Part shown: in pieces, positions 8,077 through 17,950 of the stretch | Position numbering within the stretch: position 1 is the first letter of the stretch | How the letters are laid out: each line of letters starts with the position of its first letter | Made by a program: the position numbers and the translations under genes | The notes under the pieces: model-generated | Told to the model about the DNA's origin: nothing | Seen by the model: the letters and a program-made list of their open reading frames with translations, nothing else | Databases searched by the model: none | Source of the DNA: Candidatus Atabeyarchaeum deiterrae | GTDB taxonomy: Archaea; Asgardarchaeota; Atabeyarchaeia; Atabeyarchaeales; Atabeyarchaeaceae | Assembly (NCBI GenBank): GCA_037310415.1 | Contig: CP147780.1 | Coordinates: forward strand, 2,692,680-2,756,679 | DNA: 64,000 nt | Direction of reading: 5' to 3'

Positions 8077-10473
8077 ATGGGAGACATTTCTTTACTCTTT
8101 ATTCTAGGTCCTCCTCTGATAATCACAATGATCCTGCTCCCATTCGTCCGGTCCGACATCAACAGACGATTCTGCCAGACCTTGTTTCTCATCATCTGGG
8201 CAAAAGCGTTCATCGACATACTCCAGTTTCTCAGCGGCTCTGTCAACTACATCCTTGGCCCAGCTCAAGGAGTAAACGATGCAGTGCTCGGCGCACAGTT
8301 CGGGTTGGGAGTATTCTATTCTGGAGCTTGGCTGCTTGAAGAGTTGCTTCTATGGGGATTTGTCGCGTTCTTCGCCGTCCTCATAGGATCATTTTACCTA
8401 TTCATTACAGTTTCGAGGAAAAAGGGTGGATCCATTGCAGATAAGATGAGTCGAGTAAGCTTCTCAAAAACCCTCGAGAATCCACTAGTATCTGCATTCG
8501 ACTTCAATAGCTTTGAGACCTACCTCATAATTGGCCTGGTGACTCTTCCGTCCATGATATCAATTTATGTCGGAGTTATTATGGCCGGTTACTCTGTTTT
8601 TGCAGTCAACGTCGTGTATCTCGCGCTACTACTCTACAGGTTCTCCCTGATGGCATATACAAGGATTGCAGGAAAAGCTGATCTGCACCTCGACAAAGAA
8701 GACATTGGACGCAAGTACCAAAGAAGAAATCTGGGCTGGTTCACAATTCTGAACTTGATCATCTCGGTAGTGACACTGAGTTACACGCTGGTCTTTACGA
8801 ATGTTGATTTGGGGACCCTTGCCAATGCTACCCTGGGTGAGCTGCAGGAATTGCTGGTTGCGATCTTAGTACTTCCGTTCGCAGAGGGCTTCGCCGTACT
8901 CTTCTTCCAGAGATTTTGGCGATTCTGGTCTCGACTAGGAACCCGCATACGCGGAATAAAAATAAGACCTGCGCTATATTCCCTCTTCAGAGGTCTGTTG
9001 GTCAGTGGTGCTTGCTTCATTTTCCTATACTCGCTTCTGTCATTCGTCATAGCAACAACAGTATTTTTCTCATCTCAGCAAACTGTTCCACCGACGTTTA
9101 ATATTGAGGCAGGATCGCTGTGGATATACAAGGAGTTCTTGAGGTTGTCCCCCACGGGCATTCCTCAAGCAACGCCGAGTATTCTGTGGATGCTTCCAAT
9201 GTTCTGGGGTCTGGCAGGTCTCTTCTTGTTCCAGTTCATCAAAGTCCTGATAGGCGGTTCCCTAACGCATAGGAAGGGCGTCGCCCCAGAGTACAGCATC
9301 CTCGTCGCGAGTATCACGATCGCCGTACTGATCTGGGTGCTCATACCCGCTTTGAACGCCTTCTTAGGATATTTCTTGGTATATCTGACGGCTCCGAGCG
9401 GCGCAGCAACTTGGACCCGTTTGATTCTCCCGACACCGCTGGTAAGCTCTCTAGCAATAATCTATCAGTTCATACCAGCGCCCACCGATCTTCTATACAT
9501 ACTATTTCTGGATCTGCCTATCTGGGTGTTCGGGTCACTGTTCCTCACCTACTTGTTCAAGTTCAGAAGAGAGTTGATTCCAGCGAAGAAGGAACCTGGC
9601 GTTTTCAGGATACCTGATTTCTTTAAGCTTTTCATATCGTTTTGTATTGTTATAGTCGCTTCGGTCGCCACGATCGCCTTGATAGGGCCAACGACGCCTG
9701 CCGGAGACTTCGTAAATTGGCTTCTAAGTAAACTCTGGTATCCTAATGCAAGCGAATCACTATTGTTTGCAGTTATTGGGCAGTGGTACGTATTCTTCCA
9801 CAACATGCTTCGATTCATTCTCACGGTGTTCGCCCCACTATTGTTCTGGGTAAGCATTGTTGGAATCTGGAAAGCGTGGCGAAGGCATGAAAAGGTAAAG
9901 AGTTTGAAATGGTATATCTTGGCGATTGCTCTCTTTGCATTGGAAGCAGTCTTCTTCGCAGATAGATTCACTTACATAGCAATCATAGTTATACCGCTCG
10001 TACTATCGGCGTTATACAGGCTGTTTTACCGTATCGTGAAGAGAGTCCCACCAAAGACAATGTTCAGAACAACCTTCCTTAAGATTGCATTCTACTCGTT
10101 AATTCTGAGTGAAATCTACTCGACCGCGATATCCATAGCAGATAGGTATATGTTCGGCTTTTCTTCCGCGGGCAGCGTGGGGTTGTTTTTCTTCCTATTG
10201 GAATTGATACCTCATGGCATAGTCGAGATTCCTGCAGCGATACTCGCGGGCATGATTGGGTTATACATTGCAAGGAGAATGACGAAGGCCCTAGACGAGG
10301 ACGAACGAGGTCTGAACAAGTTCATGGCTGGAGGAGAAAACCTTTTCTGGTCTCGAAAAGTTTGGTATCCGATCATTTTCGTAACAATCTTCTTCGTGAT
10401 CGCAGCGGCACTGGAGATCTACGTTGCTTGGGACATAATGGCGCCTCTTGCCAGTCTATATGGATTTGCCTAG
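8077..10473 (+). CDS. large polytopic membrane protein with C-terminal SpoIIM-like domain
   Basis: Many hydrophobic helices; C-terminal LIPHGIVEIPA...AAALE matches the SpoIIM/DUF95 signature. Confidence 0.7.
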   Translation: MGDISLLFILGPPLIITMILLPFVRSDINRRFCQTLFLIIWAKAFIDILQFLSGSVNYILGPAQGVNDAVLGAQFGLGVFYSGAWLLEELLLWGFVAFFAVLIGSFYLFITVSRKKGGSIADKMSRVSFSKTLENPLVSAFDFNSFETYLIIGLVTLPSMISIYVGVIMAGYSVFAVNVVYLALLLYRFSLMAYTRIAGKADLHLDKEDIGRKYQRRNLGWFTILNLIISVVTLSYTLVFTNVDLGTLANATLGELQELLVAILVLPFAEGFAVLFFQRFWRFWSRLGTRIRGIKIRPALYSLFRGLLVSGACFIFLYSLLSFVIATTVFFSSQQTVPPTFNIEAGSLWIYKEFLRLSPTGIPQATPSILWMLPMFWGLAGLFLFQFIKVLIGGSLTHRKGVAPEYSILVASITIAVLIWVLIPALNAFLGYFLVYLTAPSGAATWTRLILPTPLVSSLAIIYQFIPAPTDLLYILFLDLPIWVFGSLFLTYLFKFRRELIPAKKEPGVFRIPDFFKLFISFCIVIVASVATIALIGPTTPAGDFVNWLLSKLWYPNASESLLFAVIGQWYVFFHNMLRFILTVFAPLLFWVSIVGIWKAWRRHEKVKSLKWYILAIALFALEAVFFADRFTYIAIIVIPLVLSALYRLFYRIVKRVPPKTMFRTTFLKIAFYSLILSEIYSTAISIADRYMFGFSSAGSVGLFFFLLELIPHGIVEIPAAILAGMIGLYIARRMTKALDEDERGLNKFMAGGENLFWSRKVWYPIIFVTIFFVIAAALEIYVAWDIMAPLASLYGFA

Positions 10474-10688
10474 CCCGCTCGAACTCGATGTTGAGAAAAA
10501 CGGATTGACCCCATAGACCCCTTCCGTTTTCCTTTGTTGCGAATTCGATTGTCTACTTCATTTACCAGAAATGTGGACAGAAACTCCAATGTTTGGAACT
10601 TCCCAACAAGAGTTGTTCGCCCGTTCTACTTCTTCAAAATCCTTATTTAACTGCCTGCCCCTTAATACTATGTATCCAGATAGTTGTC

Positions 10689-11051
10689 TTGAAGCAAGCA
10701 GAAGAGCATACCACAAGCAGGAGTCTGATACCGTTGTCGTGTTGGGAAGAATTCTTTGCAGGCGAACTTAGCAGATTAAAAGACTTCTATTTGATTCAGA
10801 TCAGCAAAGAGGACTGCAAAGAAGTCGAAGAATGGCTGAGAGACACACTCGAGTCAGCTACTGTGCAGAGCTGTGTAGACAAGCTGAGAGTCATGCCCAC
10901 CACTGAGCTCAGACAACTTAGATATGACCTCGTGCAGCTGATCAAGAGAATTCACAGAAACAAGACTAGCGAAAGACTCAGCAAGGTTCAGGCTGTTGGC
11001 GCAGCAGATGAACTTGATGAAAGAAGAACACGTGATCGCAAGGTCGAATAG
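10689..11051 (+). CDS. hypothetical helical protein
   Basis: Open frame 10593-11051. An in-frame TTG at 10689 lies downstream of a TATA-like TTATTTAA. Charged, helical composition. Confidence 0.5.
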   Translation: MKQAEEHTTSRSLIPLSCWEEFFAGELSRLKDFYLIQISKEDCKEVEEWLRDTLESATVQSCVDKLRVMPTTELRQLRYDLVQLIKRIHRNKTSERLSKVQAVGAADELDERRTRDRKVE

Positions 11052-11252
11052 ACATATTCGATTGATTCGGTATCCGTCTCTGGGAACAGGAGAGTTGAGG
11101 CTCTTTTCTATGGTATTCTTTTGGGTTTTCACGCAGGTTGACCGAACCTTAAGAAATCCGGTCGTTTCTCTGATTTTGCCCGTACGACTTTCCTGATGGC
11201 TCATAGGAGAGCATCGAACTGCTCCTGAGTGATCGCCCTCGAGTTTGGTGAA

Positions 11253-12404
11253 CTATTTTGTCCAGAGTTTTGGTATGAGATCCAGTATTCTTGTTCTCAG
11301 AATTGGGATAGCTCTCTCAACCCTAGCTTTTGCTAGGGTGTCACAGAATGGCACTTCAGTGGCATTCGAGTCGACGAAGAGTGGTTGGAATTTGAAGAGT
11401 TTGAGTTTCTTCGATCCATTGGCATCGGCGCCTGGTAGAAGACTGAAACTGAGAGCTGCGTACTGTTTTCCAAACCACGAAAGTTCAGTTTCCATTCTGC
11501 ATGTCCATATTAGCGCCACTTCCTTCCCGTAGACTGTGGGAGGACCAATGATAGGCGGGGTCTTCAATGGTAACTCCAGATCTTCACCAGGATTGACTTT
11601 CCCATTTTCTTTGAGTATGAATCCTGCCGATCCGACTCTGTCCGCCATTAATGGGCTAGCGTTCCAGCAGTCTATTAATCCCCTGAAACCATTCACCTTC
11701 CCGCCCTTTGGCGTCGGATTCCAGACCTTCAGCTGCAGGTCAAGTCCTTGACGTTGCTTCGTGTACTTTGAGGGGGCTTTGAGTTCACCAACTTCAGTGA
11801 ACTTGGCTGTGACTGACTCACCAGTCGATATCTCTGAAGGGGCATATTTGATTATTAGTGGTTTCACAGCTCTATCATACGAGGAGTCCTTCTGGAGAGA
11901 CAGGCTATGGACGAAACCTGATCCTATCGTTGATGCATCAGACAATGTGGTCTTTTCTTCCTCGTTGATCCCGATTTCTTCTCGGATCCTCTCAGGAATG
12001 TTTTCCATGAGCCATGACATCTCGCCAGATTCTCTCACTGGCTTTGCCAACACCGCGAAGATGTTCCAGCCCCATGCAATGTCAACTCTTCCTTGCTTTC
12101 CCTTGGAGGCGAACGTCGGCGGATAGGCAAACTGAAACTCTGGATCCTTGGGTGTCTGGAAGATCACATCAAAGAAGCTTTTGTTAGCTATTGGTTTATT
12201 CTCAACCAATGTGACTCCCCAATCATAAACGAGAGTCTGCCGGATTTGTTTCTTGCCACTAGATATGATTGTGCTGTTCTCGGCACATACAAGGCCGACT
12301 CTTAGATGCCCAGGCTTTTTGTAGTCGGAATCAATGAGGATTCTGCATCTGATGGGCTCACCCATCAAGTAGTTATCTTTCTCTGTGAATATCTTTATTC
12401 CCAT
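11253..12404 (-). CDS. arrestin-fold protein (N- and C-type arrestin domains)
   Basis: YLMGEPIRCRI...LRVGLVCAE...FQTP...YPPTF...IAWGW, followed by a second sandwich LKVWNPT...VNPGE...LKTP..GPPT.YG..V.L.W. Confidence 0.65.
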   Translation of the reverse strand: MGIKIFTEKDNYLMGEPIRCRILIDSDYKKPGHLRVGLVCAENSTIISSGKKQIRQTLVYDWGVTLVENKPIANKSFFDVIFQTPKDPEFQFAYPPTFASKGKQGRVDIAWGWNIFAVLAKPVRESGEMSWLMENIPERIREEIGINEEEKTTLSDASTIGSGFVHSLSLQKDSSYDRAVKPLIIKYAPSEISTGESVTAKFTEVGELKAPSKYTKQRQGLDLQLKVWNPTPKGGKVNGFRGLIDCWNASPLMADRVGSAGFILKENGKVNPGEDLELPLKTPPIIGPPTVYGKEVALIWTCRMETELSWFGKQYAALSFSLLPGADANGSKKLKLFKFQPLFVDSNATEVPFCDTLAKARVERAIPILRTRILDLIPKLWTK

Positions 12405-12528
12405 GTACTGTCGACTCCTGCGAATATCGCAGTCATGAAACGTGAAAATGCGAAAGCTGGAACTATGGAAGAAAGAAGCGTCCGTGTGGTATTAATAGGT
12501 TTTGCCTTTGAGGGCAATTATCGGAGGG

Positions 12529-12933
12529 TCATTTGAGAAGTTCAACCATCTCTGCAGGTATGGCGACAGGCTGGAAGTTCTCATTTATTGCCACAACCTT
12601 CACGTTACCGCTAGCTGACAGTTTCCCGGAAGTCTTATTGTAAACAGAAAATTCGTATCTGATGCTTGTTCTCCCTACCGCACCAATTTTCAGTTCTATC
12701 TCAAGTAGATCATCAAATCTCGCAGGTGAGAAATACTGGCAGTAGGCTTCGACTCTCGGTAAGCCGAAGATCTTCTCCTTCACTTTGAAGTCTGAGAAAT
12801 CTATTTTGAGTACTTCTCGAAAGAGTTTCTGTTCGGCCACCTCGAAATAACCGAAGAAATTCGTGAAGTGGACTATTCCTGCAGTGTCTGTCTCCTTCCA
12901 CCTCACTCTGACTTCCTCTTTGATTGATTTCAA
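12529..12933 (-). CDS. acyl-CoA thioesterase (4HBT/YbgC hotdog fold)
   Basis: VRWKETDTAGIVHFTNFFGYFEVA. Confidence 0.88.
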   Translation of the reverse strand: MKSIKEEVRVRWKETDTAGIVHFTNFFGYFEVAEQKLFREVLKIDFSDFKVKEKIFGLPRVEAYCQYFSPARFDDLLEIELKIGAVGRTSIRYEFSVYNKTSGKLSASGNVKVVAINENFQPVAIPAEMVELLK

Positions 12934-13194
12934 GAGATATCACCAATCTAGCTGAGGTATTGTACTCAAGTAGTCACCTTATTACATTTCAGTTTCGACT
13001 ACATAGAGTGACCCGTTCAGATTTCAGAGACGGTTGCGACTTTCCCAAAATAGACACGCAGATTTAAGAAGCTTTATGAGTTAAGAAGAGTAAGTACTAG
13101 CGGCGGTCTCAGAGAATCGTAGCAATGACTAACTCTCCGTGGATGCCTGTTGGGGAAACTAGTATCTATTTCATTTTGAGATCAAACGTGAAAT

Positions 13195-13812
13195 GTGGAG
13201 GACAAGGCAGAGTTGCAGGTGTTTAAGGTCATCGCTGTGGGTGACGGTTCAGTGGGCAAGACCAGCATTACAATTCGGTTCTGTGAAGGCAAGTTCTCGC
13301 AGGAATACTTGATGACAATAGGCGCGAATTTTGGAGTGAAAGCGCTTTCCGTCCCCTTCGGAGAGGAAGTCAGGGAAATCAAACTGCAGATTTGGGACAC
13401 GGGAGGACAGGAGAGGTTCAGCCCCATTCGCGAGCTCTACTACAAGGGAGGGCTTGCAGCAATAGTGGTCTTTGACGTCACGAATAGAGAAGGCTATGAC
13501 CATTTACCTATGTGGTTCAATGAGGTGCGAAAGAACGTTCCCAACATACCGCTAACTCTCGTTGGTAATAAGATAGACATCCCAAATAGAGTCATCACAT
13601 ATGAGGAGGGGCTGCGGATGGCAAAGAGGTGCGCAGCTCCTTACAGAGAGACATCAGCAATGACTGGCGAGAGAGTTGATGAAGTGTTCAGTGAATTAGC
13701 ATACAGGATCCTGCTGTCGTTGTACGGCCCTCCGAAGGTGGGTGGACAAACTGTTATTGGCATACCTAAGGATCTTCAGAGATATAATTCGCAGGCTCAA
13801 GGGAAACGATAA
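13195..13812 (+). CDS. Rab-like small GTPase
   Basis: GDGSVGKT, TIGANF, KLQIWDTGGQERF, YYKGG, NKID, ETSA. Confidence 0.93.
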   Translation: MEDKAELQVFKVIAVGDGSVGKTSITIRFCEGKFSQEYLMTIGANFGVKALSVPFGEEVREIKLQIWDTGGQERFSPIRELYYKGGLAAIVVFDVTNREGYDHLPMWFNEVRKNVPNIPLTLVGNKIDIPNRVITYEEGLRMAKRCAAPYRETSAMTGERVDEVFSELAYRILLSLYGPPKVGGQTVIGIPKDLQRYNSQAQGKR

Positions 13813-13870
13813 GGCAGCGCTGGCCTGTCCTGATGTTCGCTTAGTCTTTTTTGTGCATCCGATAGGAAAC

Positions 13871-14947
13871 TTATCGGGAGCATTTCTCAAGAATTCGGTC
13901 GATTGCATCCATCGGACTCTCCATCTTTGTGAGCAACCTCTTAGTATTTACTCTGAATTTGCTGGGGTTGCGCAGGATTGCCAAGGCATGACTTGTTACT
14001 TTGCCCATGTCCGCCGAGCAGTAAATTGGAAATCCCTTCTTTGATAGGTATCTTTCCACATCCATGGCTTTCGGAAAATGGCAAATACTTGGAACACCAA
14101 GTAGAGCAGCCTCCCAACTCATCGTTCCTCCCCCACTAACAGTCAGCGTCGAGAAAGCTATCAGACTCGGTCCATCTATCGCCTTGTCTGGTACAATCAC
14201 TTGGCCAGCGAATCGTTCCAAGGTGGCTCGGCGTTGTTCCTCGTAGCGCGGAAGCACGACAATCTGAGTGCTTGGGAACTCTTTCAGAATCTTCTCGATT
14301 AGGGGTGTTCCCTTCAACTCTAATGCATTGACGTCCTTTAGCCCTCGCATGTACGCTGCCTTGGATTCTTCGGGTCTGATCACGACTATAGGTTTCTGTT
14401 CATCCAAGCCTAGTGCCTTGAGTACAGAGGAGTCAGGTTTGACATTCGGTATCCAGGCAACTTCATCAACGCCATCGTATTGAACGATTGATTCTTTGCT
14501 TGCCCCAAGCTTGAGTAGCTTGCTCGGGCTAATGCATTTGGGAGTCACAACATAAGTGGAAAGTGGAAAGCTTAGTTTGCAGACGGCGATTGAGTGGGGA
14601 GTGTCGTTCAAGCAGATGCTGGTCAATCCAAGCCCGAATGCAACCCTTGCTGCTTCTGGGGAGCTGAAATGCATTGAGAAGTCTATCTCTTTGCATGAGG
14701 GGGAGATGAAATCCGTCAGACTGAGTACCCTTTTGGTGCTTGCTCTCAGCTTTCCTTCGAGGGTTTCTCCACCATATTCTCCGGCAACAAAGTGAGGAAT
14801 CCGCTTGAGTTTCAAGAGATCAATAACGACATCGTGGACTCTAGTCGTCACAATGACCCTGTTACCTTTTGCTTCCAAGTCTCTCTTGATGCTCTCAAAA
14901 AGCAGAACTTGCTTAGGCGTCATTATGTCGAGCCAGAATGTCATCAT
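13871..14947 (-). CDS. DUF354 family (predicted glycosyltransferase-like) protein
   Basis: WLDIMTPKQVLLF, SPEAARVAFGLG, DTPHS, RPEE, GGGTMSWEAALLG. Confidence 0.85.
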   Translation of the reverse strand: MMTFWLDIMTPKQVLLFESIKRDLEAKGNRVIVTTRVHDVVIDLLKLKRIPHFVAGEYGGETLEGKLRASTKRVLSLTDFISPSCKEIDFSMHFSSPEAARVAFGLGLTSICLNDTPHSIAVCKLSFPLSTYVVTPKCISPSKLLKLGASKESIVQYDGVDEVAWIPNVKPDSSVLKALGLDEQKPIVVIRPEESKAAYMRGLKDVNALELKGTPLIEKILKEFPSTQIVVLPRYEEQRRATLERFAGQVIVPDKAIDGPSLIAFSTLTVSGGGTMSWEAALLGVPSICHFPKAMDVERYLSKKGFPIYCSADMGKVTSHALAILRNPSKFRVNTKRLLTKMESPMDAIDRILEKCSR

Positions 14948-15061
14948 TGTGTGGAAATACCTGCCTGGAACCCTCAGATGAAGTTCTATTGATTAGAAGT
15001 AGTTAATAAACTCGGTTCCCATCACACATAGACTTAAAGTCCGCGAGAATAGGGATGCGAA

Positions 15062-15583
15062 TCATATGTCGTGTTTCAAGACATACAAGTCAAGTATCTT
15101 CTCGAAAAGTTTACGAACATTCTCCCCTGTTTTCGCTGAAGTCTCTATGAAACTTGCACCGATCTCCTTCGTCAACCCTTTTCCCTCCTCTATACTCACA
15201 ACCCTTCTCGGCAGGTCGATCTTGTTCCCAACCAGTATTAACGGGACGTCTTCTTTGAGATACCTTTTTAGATCATTCAGCCAGACTCTGACGTCTTCCA
15301 GCGTCTTGTGTGAGGTGACGTCGTAGACTATGGAAGCGACTGCCGTGTCGGCATAGTATTTGCTCCTGACCTTGTTGAAAGCTTCTTGGCCAGCAATGTC
15401 CCAGATTACGACAGTCACTATTTTTCCTTCGAGTGAGAATTCCTTTGCAACCACGTTTACTCCCTTTGTTGGATTGTACTGAGCTTTGAATTGGGACGCC
15501 ACGTAAGTTGAAATCAAACTTGTCTTTCCCACAGCTTGGTCGCCAGTAAAGATTACTTTACACACATGATCCTTTGAACTCAT
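15062..15583 (-). CDS. Rab-like small GTPase
   Basis: GDQAVGKT, YNPTKG, WDIAGQE, NKID, ETSAK. Confidence 0.93.
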   Translation of the reverse strand: MSSKDHVCKVIFTGDQAVGKTSLISTYVASQFKAQYNPTKGVNVVAKEFSLEGKIVTVVIWDIAGQEAFNKVRSKYYADTAVASIVYDVTSHKTLEDVRVWLNDLKRYLKEDVPLILVGNKIDLPRRVVSIEEGKGLTKEIGASFIETSAKTGENVRKLFEKILDLYVLKHDI

Positions 15584-15867
15584 TATCTACTCAACCCTCG
15601 ATCCGAGAGTGTATGCCTTACTTTCGCCGTTCTCGTCAAGAAAGTCCTATTCTTGGTTATTTGCCCGTCCGTGGCTAATAATCCAGCCCGACCGGCTGTT
15701 TTCTACATAGTACTGTTATATGCTTCTCCTATTCTTGAAGTTTACCCGAAGCGTATTTCGAGCATCCAGAGCGATTGCGACTCTCCCAAGCATTCTCATC
15801 TGGCACGTTACAGCATGAATGGAGACAGCACCAACTATGTGACAAGCCCAAACCTCTGATCGTTGCG

Positions 15868-16140
15868 TTGACAAGTGAACAAACAGGAGTCAAGAACCAT
15901 GCGAAAAAAAGTGATTTAGCTAGCGGATTCTCGCCGATTCAACTGGTGTCAGAATTCTATGAGAATACTGATTCCCAGGGCAACACGAGGATTTTCAAGG
16001 GAGTCGTTGACAAAGCGATCATTCTTAGGATGTCTGTCGAGCCAGAAGACGCAAGCAATCTATTTGAATCTATTACAATAAGGAAGCGCCTCAAGACAGC
16101 GTTGGAGAATGTCTCTGCAGTGCTTCACAAAGAAGCATAA
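15868..16140 (+). CDS. hypothetical protein
   Basis: Open frame 15775-16140 with a protein-like C-terminal half. Start uncertain; an in-frame TTG at 15868 was chosen. Confidence 0.4.
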   Translation: MTSEQTGVKNHAKKSDLASGFSPIQLVSEFYENTDSQGNTRIFKGVVDKAIILRMSVEPEDASNLFESITIRKRLKTALENVSAVLHKEA

Positions 16141-16220
16141 GTACTTGACCACTTGTCTATAATTCCAAGAGCATAATGAAGAATCAGTGTATTTGTAGAT
16201 CACAGGAGGTTTAGTGTTAC

Positions 16221-17843
16221 TTGCTCAATGAAGACTCGAATCCGAGTCTGGATGAGGATGACGAATCGTCCATCATGAACCTCTTCTTAGACCCTGCAGG
16301 TGATAACCTTGACGATTTTGAAGATGCACTCATCAAGTCTCTGAAACTGCTTAAGCTATGGTGGAAGGGTCAGGGAGATAACAGTCCGCCTCGACCAAGC
16401 GAAGATGAAGTCAGAATACTAGTTCAGAAGATGGAAGACCAAACCAAGTCCAGCCCGTTCACTCCAACTTATAAACAGCTTGAGTCCTGCATAGCTACAT
16501 TGTTTCGAAACATGAGGTTCAATAAGAATAACTTGATCAATGTCCACCCTTCGCCTATCCTGCCAGCTGTGCTGGCTTCATTATTGACGATGTTGCAGAA
16601 CCCGAATAACTTGTCTTCCAGCACTTCGGCTGCAACCACGTTCATGGAAGAGGAATGTATTTGTGAACTTGCCAGTCTTGTCGGATTCTCTGGTAGCACG
16701 AAGGGTGCTTCATGTAGAGGAAACATTGTATCCTGCGGTACAATATCAAATCTGACAGGCCTAACAGTTGCAAGGGAAAAAGCTTACAGGAAATCATTGA
16801 ATTCCGAGGCGGACTTTAACAAAAAGTTCGGGCTGTTTGGAAGCCCCAGAGGCGTGATCCTGACTACCAAGTCCGCCCATTACTCGATTCGGAAAACCAC
16901 ACGGATCCTTGGACTTGGAGATGATGGCTTAATCGAAGTTCCCGTTGCATGCGAAGATGAGGTCACTGAGTTCGATAAGTCTGGCAAACCTTTCAAACTC
17001 AAGCCTTCAACTCAAGTATACGCAGAGACACTTGAAAATGTTAAGAGATCGAGACGAAAAACGGATGGAGAAGACTCAATCATAATATCTGCTGTCGCGA
17101 CCTTGGGAACAATAAATACTGGAACAATAGAACCAATTCAACCCCTCGTTGGACTCAGAGATGAGTATGGATTTCACCTTCACGTTGACGCGGCGATCGG
17201 GGGTCTCGCCTTAGGACTAGATGAAGTTAAGAAAAAAGCTTCGGGAGTTGAAGTCGCTGATTCAATCACGATCGATCCTCACAAACTCGGTTTTATTCAG
17301 TATCCGTGCAGTGCTATATTGTTCCGCAATGACTCGGACCTTGATTTCTTGGCAACTGATGTCCCTTACGTTGACTCATGTGCCAGCACGATTGAGGGAT
17401 CGCGTCCGGGCTCCAGCGCTGCGGGGTTCTGGGTTGCCCTGAAGACCCTTGGTAGAGATGGTTACAATAGGATAATCGGGCGATGCATCAGCCTGACCAA
17501 GACCCTCGGTAATCTGCTCAATGATGCTGGGTACCAAGTTCTCCATGAGGTTGATCTTAACACCGTCTGCTTCGCTCTCAAAAAAGAACGAGAGCCTAGA
17601 AAGAAACTGAATAGGCTCACGAGCGAGCTTCAGAACAGAGTCACTGCCAAAGGAAAATACTTGACAGGCAAGGTTGACGATGTTTCCGGGATAATGGTGA
17701 AAGATAGACCTTGGCAAAACAGCTCTGAAAAAGTGAGCTTAACAGGAATCAGGGTCTGGATCATGAACCCACAGATCGATGAACATGATCTTGAGCTGCT
17801 CATAGGTGAACTCAATGAAAGGAGAAAGCAACTTACTTTCTGA
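16221..17843 (+). CDS. group II PLP-dependent amino-acid decarboxylase (tyrosine-decarboxylase-like)
   Basis: NPNN, GTISNL, AHYS, HVDAAIGG, TIDPHK (PLP lysine), EGSRPG. Confidence 0.85.
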   Translation: MLNEDSNPSLDEDDESSIMNLFLDPAGDNLDDFEDALIKSLKLLKLWWKGQGDNSPPRPSEDEVRILVQKMEDQTKSSPFTPTYKQLESCIATLFRNMRFNKNNLINVHPSPILPAVLASLLTMLQNPNNLSSSTSAATTFMEEECICELASLVGFSGSTKGASCRGNIVSCGTISNLTGLTVAREKAYRKSLNSEADFNKKFGLFGSPRGVILTTKSAHYSIRKTTRILGLGDDGLIEVPVACEDEVTEFDKSGKPFKLKPSTQVYAETLENVKRSRRKTDGEDSIIISAVATLGTINTGTIEPIQPLVGLRDEYGFHLHVDAAIGGLALGLDEVKKKASGVEVADSITIDPHKLGFIQYPCSAILFRNDSDLDFLATDVPYVDSCASTIEGSRPGSSAAGFWVALKTLGRDGYNRIIGRCISLTKTLGNLLNDAGYQVLHEVDLNTVCFALKKEREPRKKLNRLTSELQNRVTAKGKYLTGKVDDVSGIMVKDRPWQNSSEKVSLTGIRVWIMNPQIDEHDLELLIGELNERRKQLTF

Positions 17844-17950
17844 CTGTTCTGGCGTTACCGTACGAGGCGAGTGAAGAAGAACTGTATATATAATCCAAAG
17901 TGACTAAATTAGACAAATCTAAGCAAGCATAGGCGTGGTGCATTGAACGT

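Noticed and set aside
15885-15920. SD + ATG followed by an A7 run that could -1 frameshift into ORF 15775-16140
   Set aside because: An in-frame TTG at 15868 explains the ORF without recoding, and no stimulatory structure was evident.
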